A stretch of DNA of 62,045 nucleotides, from assembly GCA_910592345.1 (NCBI GenBank), contig CAJVPI010000067.1:1-62045 (forward strand), given 5' to 3'. Shown here one piece after another: positions 25,190 to 38,200 of this stretch; position 1 is the stretch's first letter; each line of letters begins with the position of its first letter. The position numbers and the translations under genes are program-made. The stretch comes from Paraglomus brasilianum (lineage: Eukaryota). A model generated the notes under the pieces. The model was not told the DNA's origin. It ran no database searches and saw only the letters and a list, made by a program, of their open reading frames with translations.

Positions 25190-27231
25190 ATTACTTTTTT
25201 GTTTTTCAATAATTTAATATGTCTCGAATGTTTAGACAAATTTACAGACAAAAAGCCATCAAACGTCAAAAGAGGGCTAGGTATGAAAATTGAAGTAATT
25301 TAAGCGTAGATAGAATAATAACGGGAAACAAAGCCCAACCGTAAAGATTTATTTTTATTTTTTTTTGTTATTTACTTAAAATTTTTTTTTGATTTTTTGT
25401 TTTATAAAATTTCTTGTGAATACATAAATTTTTTGACGTCGTTAGAAAGTGCGAGTCTATGTCTAAGCGGCCTATTTTATAAAAATAGGGACAAGGTGCA
25501 AGAAGAGGGGAAGTAAATGGTTAAAAAAAGGATAAAGAGGGGTAAAACGAAAAGGGGTAGGTAAGAATTTACAAGTAAAGGGACTTTTTCGTTGCGTTGC
25601 ACACATGTTGGTACACAATAGAAGCTGAAAGGCGCTTGTCGTCAAGCATGTGCCCCAACAATGGATTAGCAGTTGATACTGATTTCTGATGGTTGATCCA
25701 AGCACCTTTCTGGTTTTGTTAGTTGCGCCCGCACCGCCCTCTCCCCAAAATAATGCTGCGAAGATGAAAAACAGTAATTCATGTGATTAGGCTGGGGATA
25801 GGGAGGGGGGAGTGGAAGGGAAAGATGGGGAGTGGTAGAGAATGTGGGTAGGAGATGCATTATGACGAGCGAGGCCTAACCAGATCGACGCGGACTCTCA
25901 TCAAGTGACATGTTCGTCAATTGAAGGCGAGCCCAAATAATGTACCGAGGATCAGTTTATGTGTATTAATATTAATTAAGGTTCTGGGGGGCTGATAACA
26001 TCTGGTGCATTTGAAACAAATTCCCCGTGTCAATGCAAATAAAATGGACGATTCTTTCTTAGCGAAGGAACGAGGCTACAAAGCGAACCAATTATTATTC
26101 CGTTTGTTTGTAAGGACATTCTCCACAAATTCTAATCTGCATTTATGCCCCTCCCTTCCCTCCGATGTACCGATATTATTATCTAAAGGCTGCATTTCCT
26201 ATCTGCCGGACCCATTTCCATTCACCATTTTTGTGCAGATTTTCAGATAAGAAAAATACCCATGACAATGTCAGTAAAAAAAAAAATAAAGAAAATTTTC
26301 TTGGGTGCTTTATAAAAAGCGCAAGGGGAAAAAATACACAAAAGAGAGAGAGAGAGAGAGAACGTCTAATTGAATGAATTAGAGTGGTAGGCAATTGAGG
26401 TCAGCTGCCGAATTTACAATGGGAAAACCGTTTGGAAATAATGCCTTTTAAAAATTCAATATCAGTGATTTCTGGATGGTCGAACGAGCAACTCTTTTTT
26501 GGGTTATATCCTTTCGCCCTCCTGCATATGCGTCTTGGCTTATTTTTTGCTCCCTATAAAAAAGTGAGACTTTCACCTCTTCCATTGTTCTATTTCGTTC
26601 CTCTAACGACCGTCGAATCTGTGGTTTCCGGAGGAGTTTAGGTTAAATTTATTTCTCAGTTTGGTTTGGTGAATTAGAATAGATATAAGGAGATTCTGTT
26701 TACTTTTATTTGTTGATATTTTTCCGTGGGACATTTTGGGTTGCCCAATTCTTCCCCGTCACTTCCTCTTCTCTTCTCTTGTACATTCTTCTTTCTACAA
26801 AACATAGGTCAGACGACCACTTTCTTGTATAATATACTTTTAGTTCTTCTCTTTCTTCGACTGGGGCCGAGTTTGAGGGCAAAAACATCCCGTTTCAAGT
26901 TTTTTGTTTATTGTTGTTTACATCCGGGTTTCATTATTCTAGATAGGATAGGCACACAATAGCAAGAGAGCTAGCTCGCAATCTGTCTTGTGTAGGGCTT
27001 TGTGTATGTGTTACGTGCTAGTTCATAGTTCATAGTTTTGGTCGCGTCTTTTGTAAAGTTACCCCCCCTGTCTTGTGTGTAATTGTGTCTTTTTCATCCA
27101 ATTTTTGCGACCACCTTGTTTCAATTGGGTGTATTGGCTGTGTATCTGCTGGTTATCGACGTGGGCATCAATTATCTTAGAGGACGAATAGAATTATTAA
27201 GAATTCAAGTGAGCCAAGCGCTTTTTTTATA

Positions 27232-30200
27232 ATGACGATCAAAGGAAGACAATTATTTGTTGGAAATGTGAGTAGTTTATGTATTTAGAGGCATCGAGCG
27301 GTTATGGAAAAGGGTAATGGAACGAGAAAGAGAGTGTGTGAATGATGGAAAAAGAGATACGGGACAGTGGAATTACATTTGAGCTTCTGCTGGTGTATAC
27401 ATGCTAATGTTTGTATTCCTAACGTCATACTTTATCCAATAAACGCGGTTCTTTATTCGACTATCAGCTTCCATTCATAGGTAATTGTCGATGTAATTCG
27501 TGTTATTGTTGGCCCCAAATTATATCCACTATATCTGCTCGTTGAACTTTACTAACTAAATGCTTTACGTGCATTACTACATTTGTATAATCACAGTCGG
27601 GTGGCAAGATCTCAAAGTAAATAATACATATATGTCTTTATACTTCTTATGTCCATTAGTCAATCCGTTTATTTATGCGTACATGTTGCCATCTTAGGAT
27701 CTATTTAGAACAGCTGGAAATGTTCAGAGAGCGAATATAATGCAAGGCCGTGACGGCAGGTCGAAAGGTCACGGAATAGTACTTTTCGCCACGGTAGCTG
27801 ATGCGCAGAAAGCCATTGGTTAGTAATAAGAGACTTACCCTCCCCAAATCACGTGTTAAATGCACGATTAGACGCCAAGTCTTATTTTCAATACTGCTGA
27901 CTCTCCGCGTCCTTTTACTTGTTAGCTGCATTTGACGGACACGAATGGTATGGACGACGACTTGAAGTTCGCGAAGTATGAGACTTGCTAATTTCCTTGC
28001 ATTTTGTGATTGTGATTATTATATATTTGCTCACTTTGTAAATATCATTATCGTTCATAGGATCGGAGCGCAATGGATTATCCTCCTCCTCCACCGCGTA
28101 CTGAAAGTGCAAATGCAAACAGTCAAACCGACATGTCTTTATATGAGGTTAGTATTGAAATCGTTGCTGTGTTTACGACGAGTGTTTATGGCGAGTGATC
28201 AAGCCATTCATATGTCATTTCCCTCATCCCATACTTCGCGAAAACAATCAATAGGACAACGATGTGAGTACTACTCCCAATGGACTGTCTGCTGCGTCAA
28301 CTGAAATTAACAACGGAGCATCATCGTCATCTCAGCCTTCATCTCCCATTGAATATGTCTCTGTAAATGATAACATCAATATCAATGGGACAAACGTCAA
28401 CGCTAATATCAACGCCATTGTTAATGGAAGTGCCAGCAATCAAGATGATCCTGCCGTTACTAATGGAACGACTACGGCAGTGAGCTCGGCAACGTCTTCC
28501 CCGACTACTAACGTTAGCAACGCTAACGGACTGAAGGACGTAGGGTCCATTGTACAGCGACAACTTTTTGTCGGAAATGTGAGTTTTCAATCACGATTGG
28601 CTCCCAATAGCCAGTCAGCACATTATTAACAGTCTACCATATTTCTATAATTACGCCACTATACAGTTGCCATTCCGTGTAAGATGGCAAGATCTTAAAG
28701 ATTTATTCCGTAAAGCAGGCAACGTAATACGCGCTGATGTTGCCATGGGGTACGATAATCGATCCAAAGGTCATGGAACTGTATTGTTTGCAACAGTAGA
28801 CGATGCAAAATCGGCTATAGGTAACGTTTCTCTTCAATCCTTGCCAAAATATACGCATATTCACACATGTATGTTGATTGAACAATTTGATAATTTATTG
28901 TAGCGATGTTCCATAGCTATAACTGGCAAGGACGCGTTCTGGAAGTCAGAGAAGACCGTGGATACGTGGAACAAAGTTCTAAAACCGTAAATAACGGGCA
29001 TAATCAATATGATATGAACAGACACATGACCGAGCCGCTTATTACTCACCCAACCAGTCATTATGCACATGGAGCGCCTATGCTAGCACCCGGAGCAATG
29101 TACTATCCTGTGAGTAGGAAAATCATGGCTAAATCTATTAAATATTATCTATACTAGTATACTAATAACGCATCTGTATATTAATGATTATCCAGCATCG
29201 CAATATGCAAGCTCCACCGGCCAATAACTACGCTGGACGTTTTCTGTTCGTTGGAAATGTAAAGTCATCAGACTGATATAGTGTTCACATAATCTTGTCA
29301 TGATTTAATATTTATTTGTATTAATTATCTATCTTAGCTCCCATTCAACTGCCAATGGCAAGATTTGAAAGATCTCTTCCGTGCAGCGGGCAACATAATT
29401 AGAGCAGACGTTTCCACCAATTACGATGGAAGAAGTCGTGGGTTTGGAACAGTTTTATTTGCTACTCCAGAGGATGCACAGAATGCTGTCGGTTAGTATA
29501 ACAATCATTTGCCGTATTTTACGACATTCACGTGTACTTGTTCGAGTGATCGATCGAATTTCCATTTATAATCTTTGATTCCATCGGCTTGGTTCAATTC
29601 TTTGTCTCATATGCGTCTTATCATTTTGTTTATATTAGGAATGTTTAATGGCTACGAATACAATGGCAGAGCATTGCGTGTCCACTTTGACAAGTACACC
29701 CTCCCTCAGATGCATCCTCATAATCCACCCCATCCGCATATGGCGCCACCTGCAGTCCATCCTCATCATAGACACCCACCAATGATGGCTAATATTGCCC
29801 CTCATAACTTCCATTTGGGTCACCATCCGCCAATGCATCATCCTCATTTTATGGCTCCCACGATGGGTCCATTCTCGCCACCACTGGCGAATCCATCGTT
29901 AACTAGTCCGCCTTATCCGACAACGTACAATCCGCTTGCGCACTTGGGCACGCCAAATTCAGCCAACAGCAACGCTACCTCCTTCCAACAAATTGGCGTA
30001 GTGGCCAACAGTCACGCCACAACCTCGCAGTCAACAGCAGCAACGCCAATTAGTCAAGATCAAACACTACAACCCGTTCAATCAACGCAATTTCCATCTT
30101 TTGGTCCGATCGGAAAGAACTCTGCCGGTCAATCGAACGCGATATCGGCGACCCTTGCTGCAGTTGGCTCTTTCTCGTCTTTGGGAACAAATGGGTTGGC

Positions 30201-30978
30201 ATTATCGGGTGTAAATGGAACGGATACGGCTTATGGCACTGATGCTATCCCCAGTCTGGCATCATCAATGGCTGGTCTACATATAGGCCATAGTCCAGTA
30301 TTTTTCCATCCAGCGGCACATCATCACCACCATCATCGACCAGTACTTCCAGCTGGATACCATCACGCTCATCACTTGACTCATGCAATGGCGGTGCATC
30401 ACCATCATCATCAACAGCAGCAGCAACAGCAGCAATTGCATTCCAATAGCCACTATCATAATCATCCAGGAACCATTGGAAGTGGTCTAGGCAGCATGAA
30501 TTCAACAAATACGTCGAATACAACGTATGTCCATCATTCCAGCAATCCTTCGGTCTCGTCAACGACCAGCACATCAAGCACCTTGTCCAGCGTGGGAGTC
30601 CATTCATCCGCGTCGTCGACTACAGCGGTTGAACCATCCACCTCACCGACCAAAGCATCTCTTTTATCATCTTCAGCCTCTACACCCACCTCGACTACTG
30701 TTCAACCAGACCCAGTGTCTTCTACTCCTCCAAGTAACGCATCGTCAATAGTTGTATCTACTGCGTTGTGGGACACTGCTACAGGAATGCTTACGTCATC
30801 GGGTGGCGGCAACGGAAACAATAATACGAGTACAGCGGTTGCCAACGTTATGATGAGTGCGTTGACCGGGATGACAACTGGATTGGAAAAAGCCGCTGCT
30901 GGTGGTGCTGCGGTTGTGCCACAGCCAATGGCTATTCCTGCGGGTGCTGCCAGAGAAGTATTTGGGAGAAGCATGTGA
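27232..30978 (+). CDS. Three-RRM RNA-binding protein (Gbp2/Hrb1/hnRNP-M-like RRMs) with long His/Pro/Ser/Gln low-complexity tail
   Basis: Three copies of (RQ)LFVGN|LPF...WQDLKDLFR.AGN..RA......RS(K/R)G.G.VLFAT..DA..A; micro-exons 27468-27480 and 27597-27616; final large exon ends 30978. Confidence 0.9.
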
Positions 30979-31757
30979 TCGAGTGGAAATGATATGGGGA
31001 TTTTTTTGGTGATTGAAAGTTACAACAGAGACGATGGGGACTAGTGTGGTGGTATTGTAATGGTATATATGATAAATTCGTTCAGGATGTGTGAGGAAAG
31101 AACCGAGGCTAAAACGGGTTTTGAATAGAATGTATGAATTGTATATGTTGTGTATATGTCGGTAAGAATCGGACGTGGTGTACTTGGTGAATAATAGAGA
31201 ATTGCGTGGGATAGAATAGGAGAGAATAGATTTCATGTATCTAGAACCAAAGTGGGGGAGTCCTGTCTATTCAAATTGTGATTGTGTAAGTGACGACAGG
31301 ATCATGGGATGTATTTTGGAATCTCATCCAGGAGCAAGTGATATATCAACGTGCAACAATTTTAGAGGTTATATGCTGTTATCTCTTCTTTCTTTCCTCC
31401 CCTCTTCTTGTAAATTTTTCTATAGATTTTCTTTGTACAGTCGAGTTGTAAAAGGTGAATTGTGCCAGCGAAAGTAACATTTTTATCTTCTCTTTATATC
31501 TTTTTTTTTTCTATACTTCTCATCTCTGTCTCTTTTACACGGATAAAAAAAGGACATTGAATAAATTGAGACAGAACAAATTCTGCTGCTCATACAAAAT
31601 AATAATAATTTTCTTCCCAGATACTTGTTCCCATGACCTATATTGCTGAAGGTGTACAAATTCCGGTACTATGTTTATTGCCGGATGGAGAAAACTTAGC
31701 GAAAAATAAAAATCAACATGGTCCTCAGCCTAATAACTAAATATTAATATTCGCTAA

Positions 31758-31947
31758 TACACAGTGAAAGTCGATATAACGGACTAGTCGGTTCCATTAA
31801 TAAAAATTTTCAAAAATCCGTTATAACGAAGAAATTCGGTATAGCGGATAAAATACTATAACCCGTTCTCAACGTCAATCCGGTATATTGAGATTTTACT
31901 TAGTGTCCGTTATATCGAGAGTCCGTTATATCGACTTTGACTGTGTA
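31758..31947. mobile_element. 190-bp MITE with TA target duplication
   Basis: Left TACACAGTGAAAGTCGATATAACGGAC; right GTCCGTTATATCGACTTTGACTGTGTA; 26/27 inverted match including TA. Confidence 0.9.
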
Positions 31948-33109
31948 CTAAAATTTATGATTGATTAACCTTGTACTACGGTGACGTTAGGTATAGACGG
32001 CGCAGGTATTCTGAAGCTAATTATTGTAAAGGATAAGTTCTTGTAACAACGAACGACTAAAATATTTTCTCAATAGTAATATCTTAATTAGCCGAGCTAG
32101 CTTCACTGTCCATTTTGTTCTTTGAATCCATAAATGCCAACCAGAGGAAATTGTAATTGATTTTTAATCCTTGCATTACTCAAAATGGTTCGATTAGAAC
32201 AAATTCTTTAAGTGCAAACTCAATTTCTGAAAACTTAACGGATTTGTGACGTTTTGCATCAGACTATCAACACCTGCACTTAGTCGTTGTTAACATTTGC
32301 GAGACAGTTGATTTATGAATAGTTGCGTTCTATTTAGCCTTAATCCAATTGACAAATTATCACAGGCATATTCGAATTTTTGCTTATCAATCTGCTATAT
32401 TAATATTGATGAATTGCAATTTACAATTTGTGTACTATTAAACAATATGAACGCGATGGGTTAAACATAAAGGTTCTCTCATCATCGCTTCATTATGTAT
32501 TATGGGCCTGCGTGATTAACGATACGAATCATAATTATATTAGCCACTACGCATATGACTTGCTACAATAACCACAGGTCTAGACGAATATTCCAGACTC
32601 TACGTATTCCTTCTAAGATTCAGGGAAGCATAACCTAACGCGTATTAACATTTCGCTTGGCGTCATGTCGAACTCTTTATAACCTTTCTCAGTTCAGCAG
32701 TTAAGGTACTAACTCTTCGCTGGGCGTCGACATAATCTAGTTGCAAGTAACTTATAAATCATAACATTGTCATAGGCTAACGATATCCCTAAACGATATC
32801 AGAGTTAGACGATAAATCGTTTTGCTGTATCCAACCATATTAATATGTATATTCATTGGACCATGGATGCCTCTTCCATACGCACATAGTGAAACCCGTT
32901 ACGAGCCGACGGAAAGACTCTCCCCGTTTTGATACAAGTAATAATGTTGACACAACATCTTTAACTCTTGTTCGAACTCATTTATAGAAATATTCCTGTT
33001 ACACGGTCATTATTAATATGTAACTGTATTAATATTAATTATAATATAGGAAAAACATATGAGACTTCCATAAAATAAACATTGCATATATTTATTAAGT
33101 CTCATGCTT

Positions 33110-33960
33110 GGGACTGAGAACATTTTAGACTCGCTGTAGTATCATTAAGAAAGTTTAAATATCTTATGTTCTGCAAAAATAGTGCCGCATCTCCTATTCT
33201 ATTACTATTTAATCTGGAGATACTAAACAAGAATTTGATTGCAAACCTTTGCCAAAGCTGTCACTCCATGTAACTCCATATTTTATTACCAGCTTGATTC
33301 AAGAAGGCTGTAGTTCTGTAACTCTTGTGACTTACCAAAAGTATTGGTGAAAACATATGACATGACATATTCTTTTTTTCGAGCATCTCTATTGTCTGTA
33401 CGTACTATGTAAGTTACAACAATTTTTATACGTTTGAAGCGAATTAATGATATATTCAGTTCCGTTATCGTTTTAGTATTAGGGCTGCAGTTCGATAAAG
33501 TGGGTATTGATGTTAACTTACATAGTATGAGAGATGTTCGAAAAAAAGAAAATTTCATGTTTTACTAATTGATCGACAAAATTGGTGTAATTTTTATGTC
33601 AAACAAAATTTGATGCTAAAGATGTTATTTCTGTTTAGTTTCCCTATTTTATTGCCATCCAGGTTTAGAGATGTCAAGCAGAAATTAATTCAGAGCCCTT
33701 GCCAAAGCTGTTGCTCCTGTATCTCCTATTCCATTGTAGTTTTGGGAACTGTCGTAGAAAAGTCCTTCATTTATTAGCTTATAATCCATATAATAGACGA
33801 TACATATTGGATATTAATTATCCTGATTCTGCAGCCATAAAACTGCGGGTTCCGGAATCGTAGGTAGAATCGACCTTATCTATCAATTCTTGTAATTGAC
33901 AAATATGATTGACAAGCAGATGGCCAAGACTTACTACATCTTCCTAATACAGCAACAAAT
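33110..33960 (-). pseudogene. Decayed RNI-like leucine-rich-repeat gene
   Basis: Minus-strand fragments NYNGIGDTGATALARALN*, LTSLNLDGNK, HGVTALAKGLQSNSCLVS, LNSNRIGDAA, with stops and frameshifts. Confidence 0.65.
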
Positions 33961-35292
33961 GCCTTATTTTTGCTATTAACCCTTGGATAATTATACATAT
34001 TATACGATTGTATTGACGATCCATCGACAATCAACGATGAGCATTAGCCGAGGCTTTTTATTTTGGCCTTTGTCTGGTTTACGTAATGCGCTCACTCTTC
34101 CGAGCCATACAGACTTGCATCACCCTCACGAAGTGTTGATAATGCAAATGCCGACAGCGTAAACTCCGTCTAATCCCCAAAACCGTATTCACTTACGTAA
34201 AACATTGAAAGTTCAGAACGTTTATTTCGCATGTTGTTGATTATTGTTAACAGACGCGTTTCTTTTGGTGTATTACAATCCTCTGTTGAAGTTTACGGAC
34301 TATCGGAACCAATCTCACCTATTTAGGGTAGAAGAATATCTGCGGAGTAATTAACAATCGAGAACTTGCGTTATTATTATACCGACCGGTTATTTGGAGA
34401 ACCGTGAGTATAATTAAAGCCAGAAATACTGTCACTAACTGTATTAGCGATTAAGCAGAAGTAGAGGTTTGCCAAGCTTCGATTGAAAGAGCTTAACTCC
34501 AAGGCCAATTACTGAACGCTCGACACTCCTAGTCGTGTAAATTATTTCTTCTGCCCACCAGCCATCCTGCATCCAAAAAGGAATCAAATGAAAAACTAGC
34601 CTTAAACACAGTGTCAGAGCAGTTTCCTTAACTTTTTCGGAACTTTTTTGTATATCAAATTATTCAGCCTTCTTTCGGAAAAATCGCTTTCCTTGGATCG
34701 GCATTTGCCTCTAGTTATAACGACAATGAAAAAAGTGTCGTTGGAACATTGACATTGCAATATGTATAACATATAAACATTTACGAGTAATTTAGCCAGC
34801 AACACATACACGATTGCTTATTCACGAACGAAAAAATGAATCCAATTTTGTTTGTTTATGAAACGAAAGTACAAGTTAACTAAAACAGTGTCACAATCTA
34901 ACAATAAAGAAGGAAATACTATGAGATGATCAATTCTAGAAAAGGAAATATTATGGGCTGTACGATTTTACAACTTTCCTGATTATCCTAATATGTCGTT
35001 GTATCGAACTTTCTTATGATTGTCGGTATATCCAGCCAAATTTTGAAAGTCTTCGGTTTTCAAAAAAAAAAAAAAAGAAAGTCGTTGTTGAGGAATTGTC
35101 GTTTATTCAGCTGTCGTTATAACCAGAGGCACTTGTAATAATAACCCAAAAAGCGGTAATCTTCAGACGCGTAAAATATAACGTCATCGGCAGCAGATTT
35201 CGACAGATTTCAGATATGGATCAGTGTAACCACAACCATTAATATTAAATGTGGGCAGCGAGAATGTGAGCAGTTGCTGAATCCGCACGACT

Positions 35293-38200
35293 ATGAATCA
35301 CGAGACGACGGCAGCTGGTAAGCGCTTAAACCGTCCTGCATAAAAGTAATAATAAAACAATTCATTCATATCGCATATCAGATACGAGTACATTAGTATG
35401 GAACTCTGTATTCCAATTACTAAACAATCACGAATTCGGTCGAGAGCAACCTGCGGACGAACTGGTCCTCGAAGTAAGCACTGCTATTCGTGGTATAAAT
35501 TTTTTGCATTCGTTTGGCAGGGACAATAATATAATTAGAGAGTTTTTGCTTCTCTTCATTAGTTACCTCCAGGTCTAATGGAACCTATATCGCCTGAAGA
35601 TGTAAAACGAGAGATTGAAAAGCGATATTTGACTCCGAGCACAACATTCCCGACTCCTTGGTTGTCTGAATGTCAGCAGTATGTATAAAATATTGCGAAA
35701 GGAAATCTCTTATTCTCATATCTTATGACTTGTCCGTTATTGGAAAGACATTGGGAACGTGGTTCTGATTATCTCTCATTGATCACTCTCGAGCCAACCG
35801 AAGCGCGGAAAACTTTGGAAATAACGCGCGATGTTATTAGTGGACAAGTAACCGGTTATGAAGAGGTAAACGTCAGCCTTAATTGTCTCAATGAACTGAG
35901 CTTTGAGTAATCGAGCTATGTGAATTAATAGGTTTCATTGACGGATCCACTCACGGCTGCGTCTATGCTTCGGGAGCCTGGTGATTTAGATAGTTTTGTC
36001 AGGAGTAAGTCATTATTATGCCGGCTTTGATATAATTAATGTATGATAGCACTCGATCGAGGCAATAACAATCTACTTTACTTGTTGATTACAGGTGGAT
36101 TAATGCCTGAGGCCATGGCCGAGGCAGAATTGGAACATAGCTTGCTCGAAGGTAAGCAAGTAACGTGACGTATTCGTCAAGCATTAAAAGTCTTCGTTCG
36201 GTACGCGTGCTCACGTGATGCAAGCTATCGGTACAGTAAACTCTTTCGATTATCATTTGGTTTCACAGATGGATTATTAACGGTGCCTCCAGATTTTGAG
36301 CGTGGCTTGATTTTTGAGGGTAAGTCTAGTAATTAATTTAAGAGAATATGTAAAACTTGATTTGATTTACACTGTATGGTTAATTTAGATGAGAAACACA
36401 CGCGGACGATATCGGCGAGTGCTGCCACCAGCTTAAACATTACAGAGATGTTAACGCAAGAGGAAGATATCATTGAGTTGTTAGAACCGGAAGAAGACGC
36501 AAAGCCACTTGAGGTGCCATCATTGAAAATTGTTGTATTAAGTCTATACTTGCCGTCTAAAATTGGCCTGTGTTTTCCTATTGTAGGCAACAAGTACAGA
36601 TACTTTTGACGAAGAACAGAATAATTCATCGCTTTCGCAAGATGAACTTGAAAATGCTATCGATCAATTACTTCCATCTGAGGTCTGATGACTTTCAGAA
36701 CCTTCTTTGATTGCCGCCAACTCTTGACCTTATCTCTAACATTATCTAAATCTGTAGCCGCTTATGGGAGGCACCGTAAAAATTAAAAAACCCGTCAAAC
36801 TTTCTAAGGGACGTGATTGGGCGCATAAGGTGGATCCCGACATGGAAGTTTCTGACTTTGAGCCAGCGAGGGAGGCAAGTTGGAATGTCGTAGAATATTT
36901 ATTGTGCTTTTCCGTGTGTTCATTTTAATTAATTTAATTTATGTATTCTTTTGCATTTTAGTATCCTTTCGAATTATACAATTTCCAGAAACAAGCTATT
37001 TATTTTTTGGAACGTGGTGATTCAGTGTTTGTTGCCGCACATACGTCATCTGGAAAGACTGTTATTGCGGAACATGCCATTTTTTTGGCGATGAAGCATA
37101 TGACACGGTTTGATATTCTTGTACGTGTAAGAGTATACGACAAATTTACTTGTGCTTACTAGTTTTTTTTAACTTTTATCTTATTCCCCACACTTGCATG
37201 CTTACAGCACTATCTATACATCACCAATCAAAGCATTGTCGAACCAGAAATACCGAGACTTCAAAGACGAGTTTGGAGATGTTGGTATATTGACTGGTGA
37301 TGTTCAGATTAAACCCGAAGCATCATGTCTCGTCGTGACGACAGAGATTCTGAGGTCTATGCTGTATAAACAAGCGTCTTTGATCAGAGACGTTGAATTT
37401 GTCATATTCGACGAAATTCATTACATGGAAAACAAGGAGGTATGTACGACTATGCCATCATTTTGAGATTGTTGTAAATGAATTTGTTTGATTCAATCGT
37501 TCTGTATTCCTAAGCGTGGTGTGGTTTGGGAAGAAGCTATCCATTTGCTTCCGGCTAATGTAAATCTCATTTTTCTGTCGGCAACCGTATCGAATGAAAT
37601 GGAATTGGCTGGCTGGATTGGGTAAGTAGTCTACGGTTTCCTCTTGACCACTTGATTTCACTGAGCCTATCTCATCTTTATGATTTTAGGCGAACTAAAG
37701 AGAAAGACATATATGTTATCAAAACTTTGAAACGTCCGGTGCCATTAGAACACTTTTTATACGGTGACGGGGAGCTACATAAAATTGTAGATGAAAAGAA
37801 GAATTGGCTACCCCAAGGGTACGTTGGTGCTAACAATCTGAATACCGCGAATAATTTTTAAAAAAAGTTGGGCGAATCTATCGTACAATAAATAACTCAA
37901 TTAATGTCTTCAGATGGTCATCTGGCTATTCAGCAATTACTAACCCTAAGACAGAGGCAAAGATGGGTGCCAAAACGGGTGCCAAAACGGGAACCAAGAC
38001 GGGAGCTAAGCAAGGACGGTCAAATCCACGAATGGCAAATCGCGGTGGTTTCAATCGCGGTGGCTTCAATCGCGGTGGTTCCAATCGCGGTGGTTCCAAT
38101 CGCAAGAACACAGTAAGCTCGCCTTCATCTTGTACGCTAATTCCAGAAGGTTACTGAATCGCGTTTCTTTCTTTCGATGAAACAGAATGAATTTGTGGGA

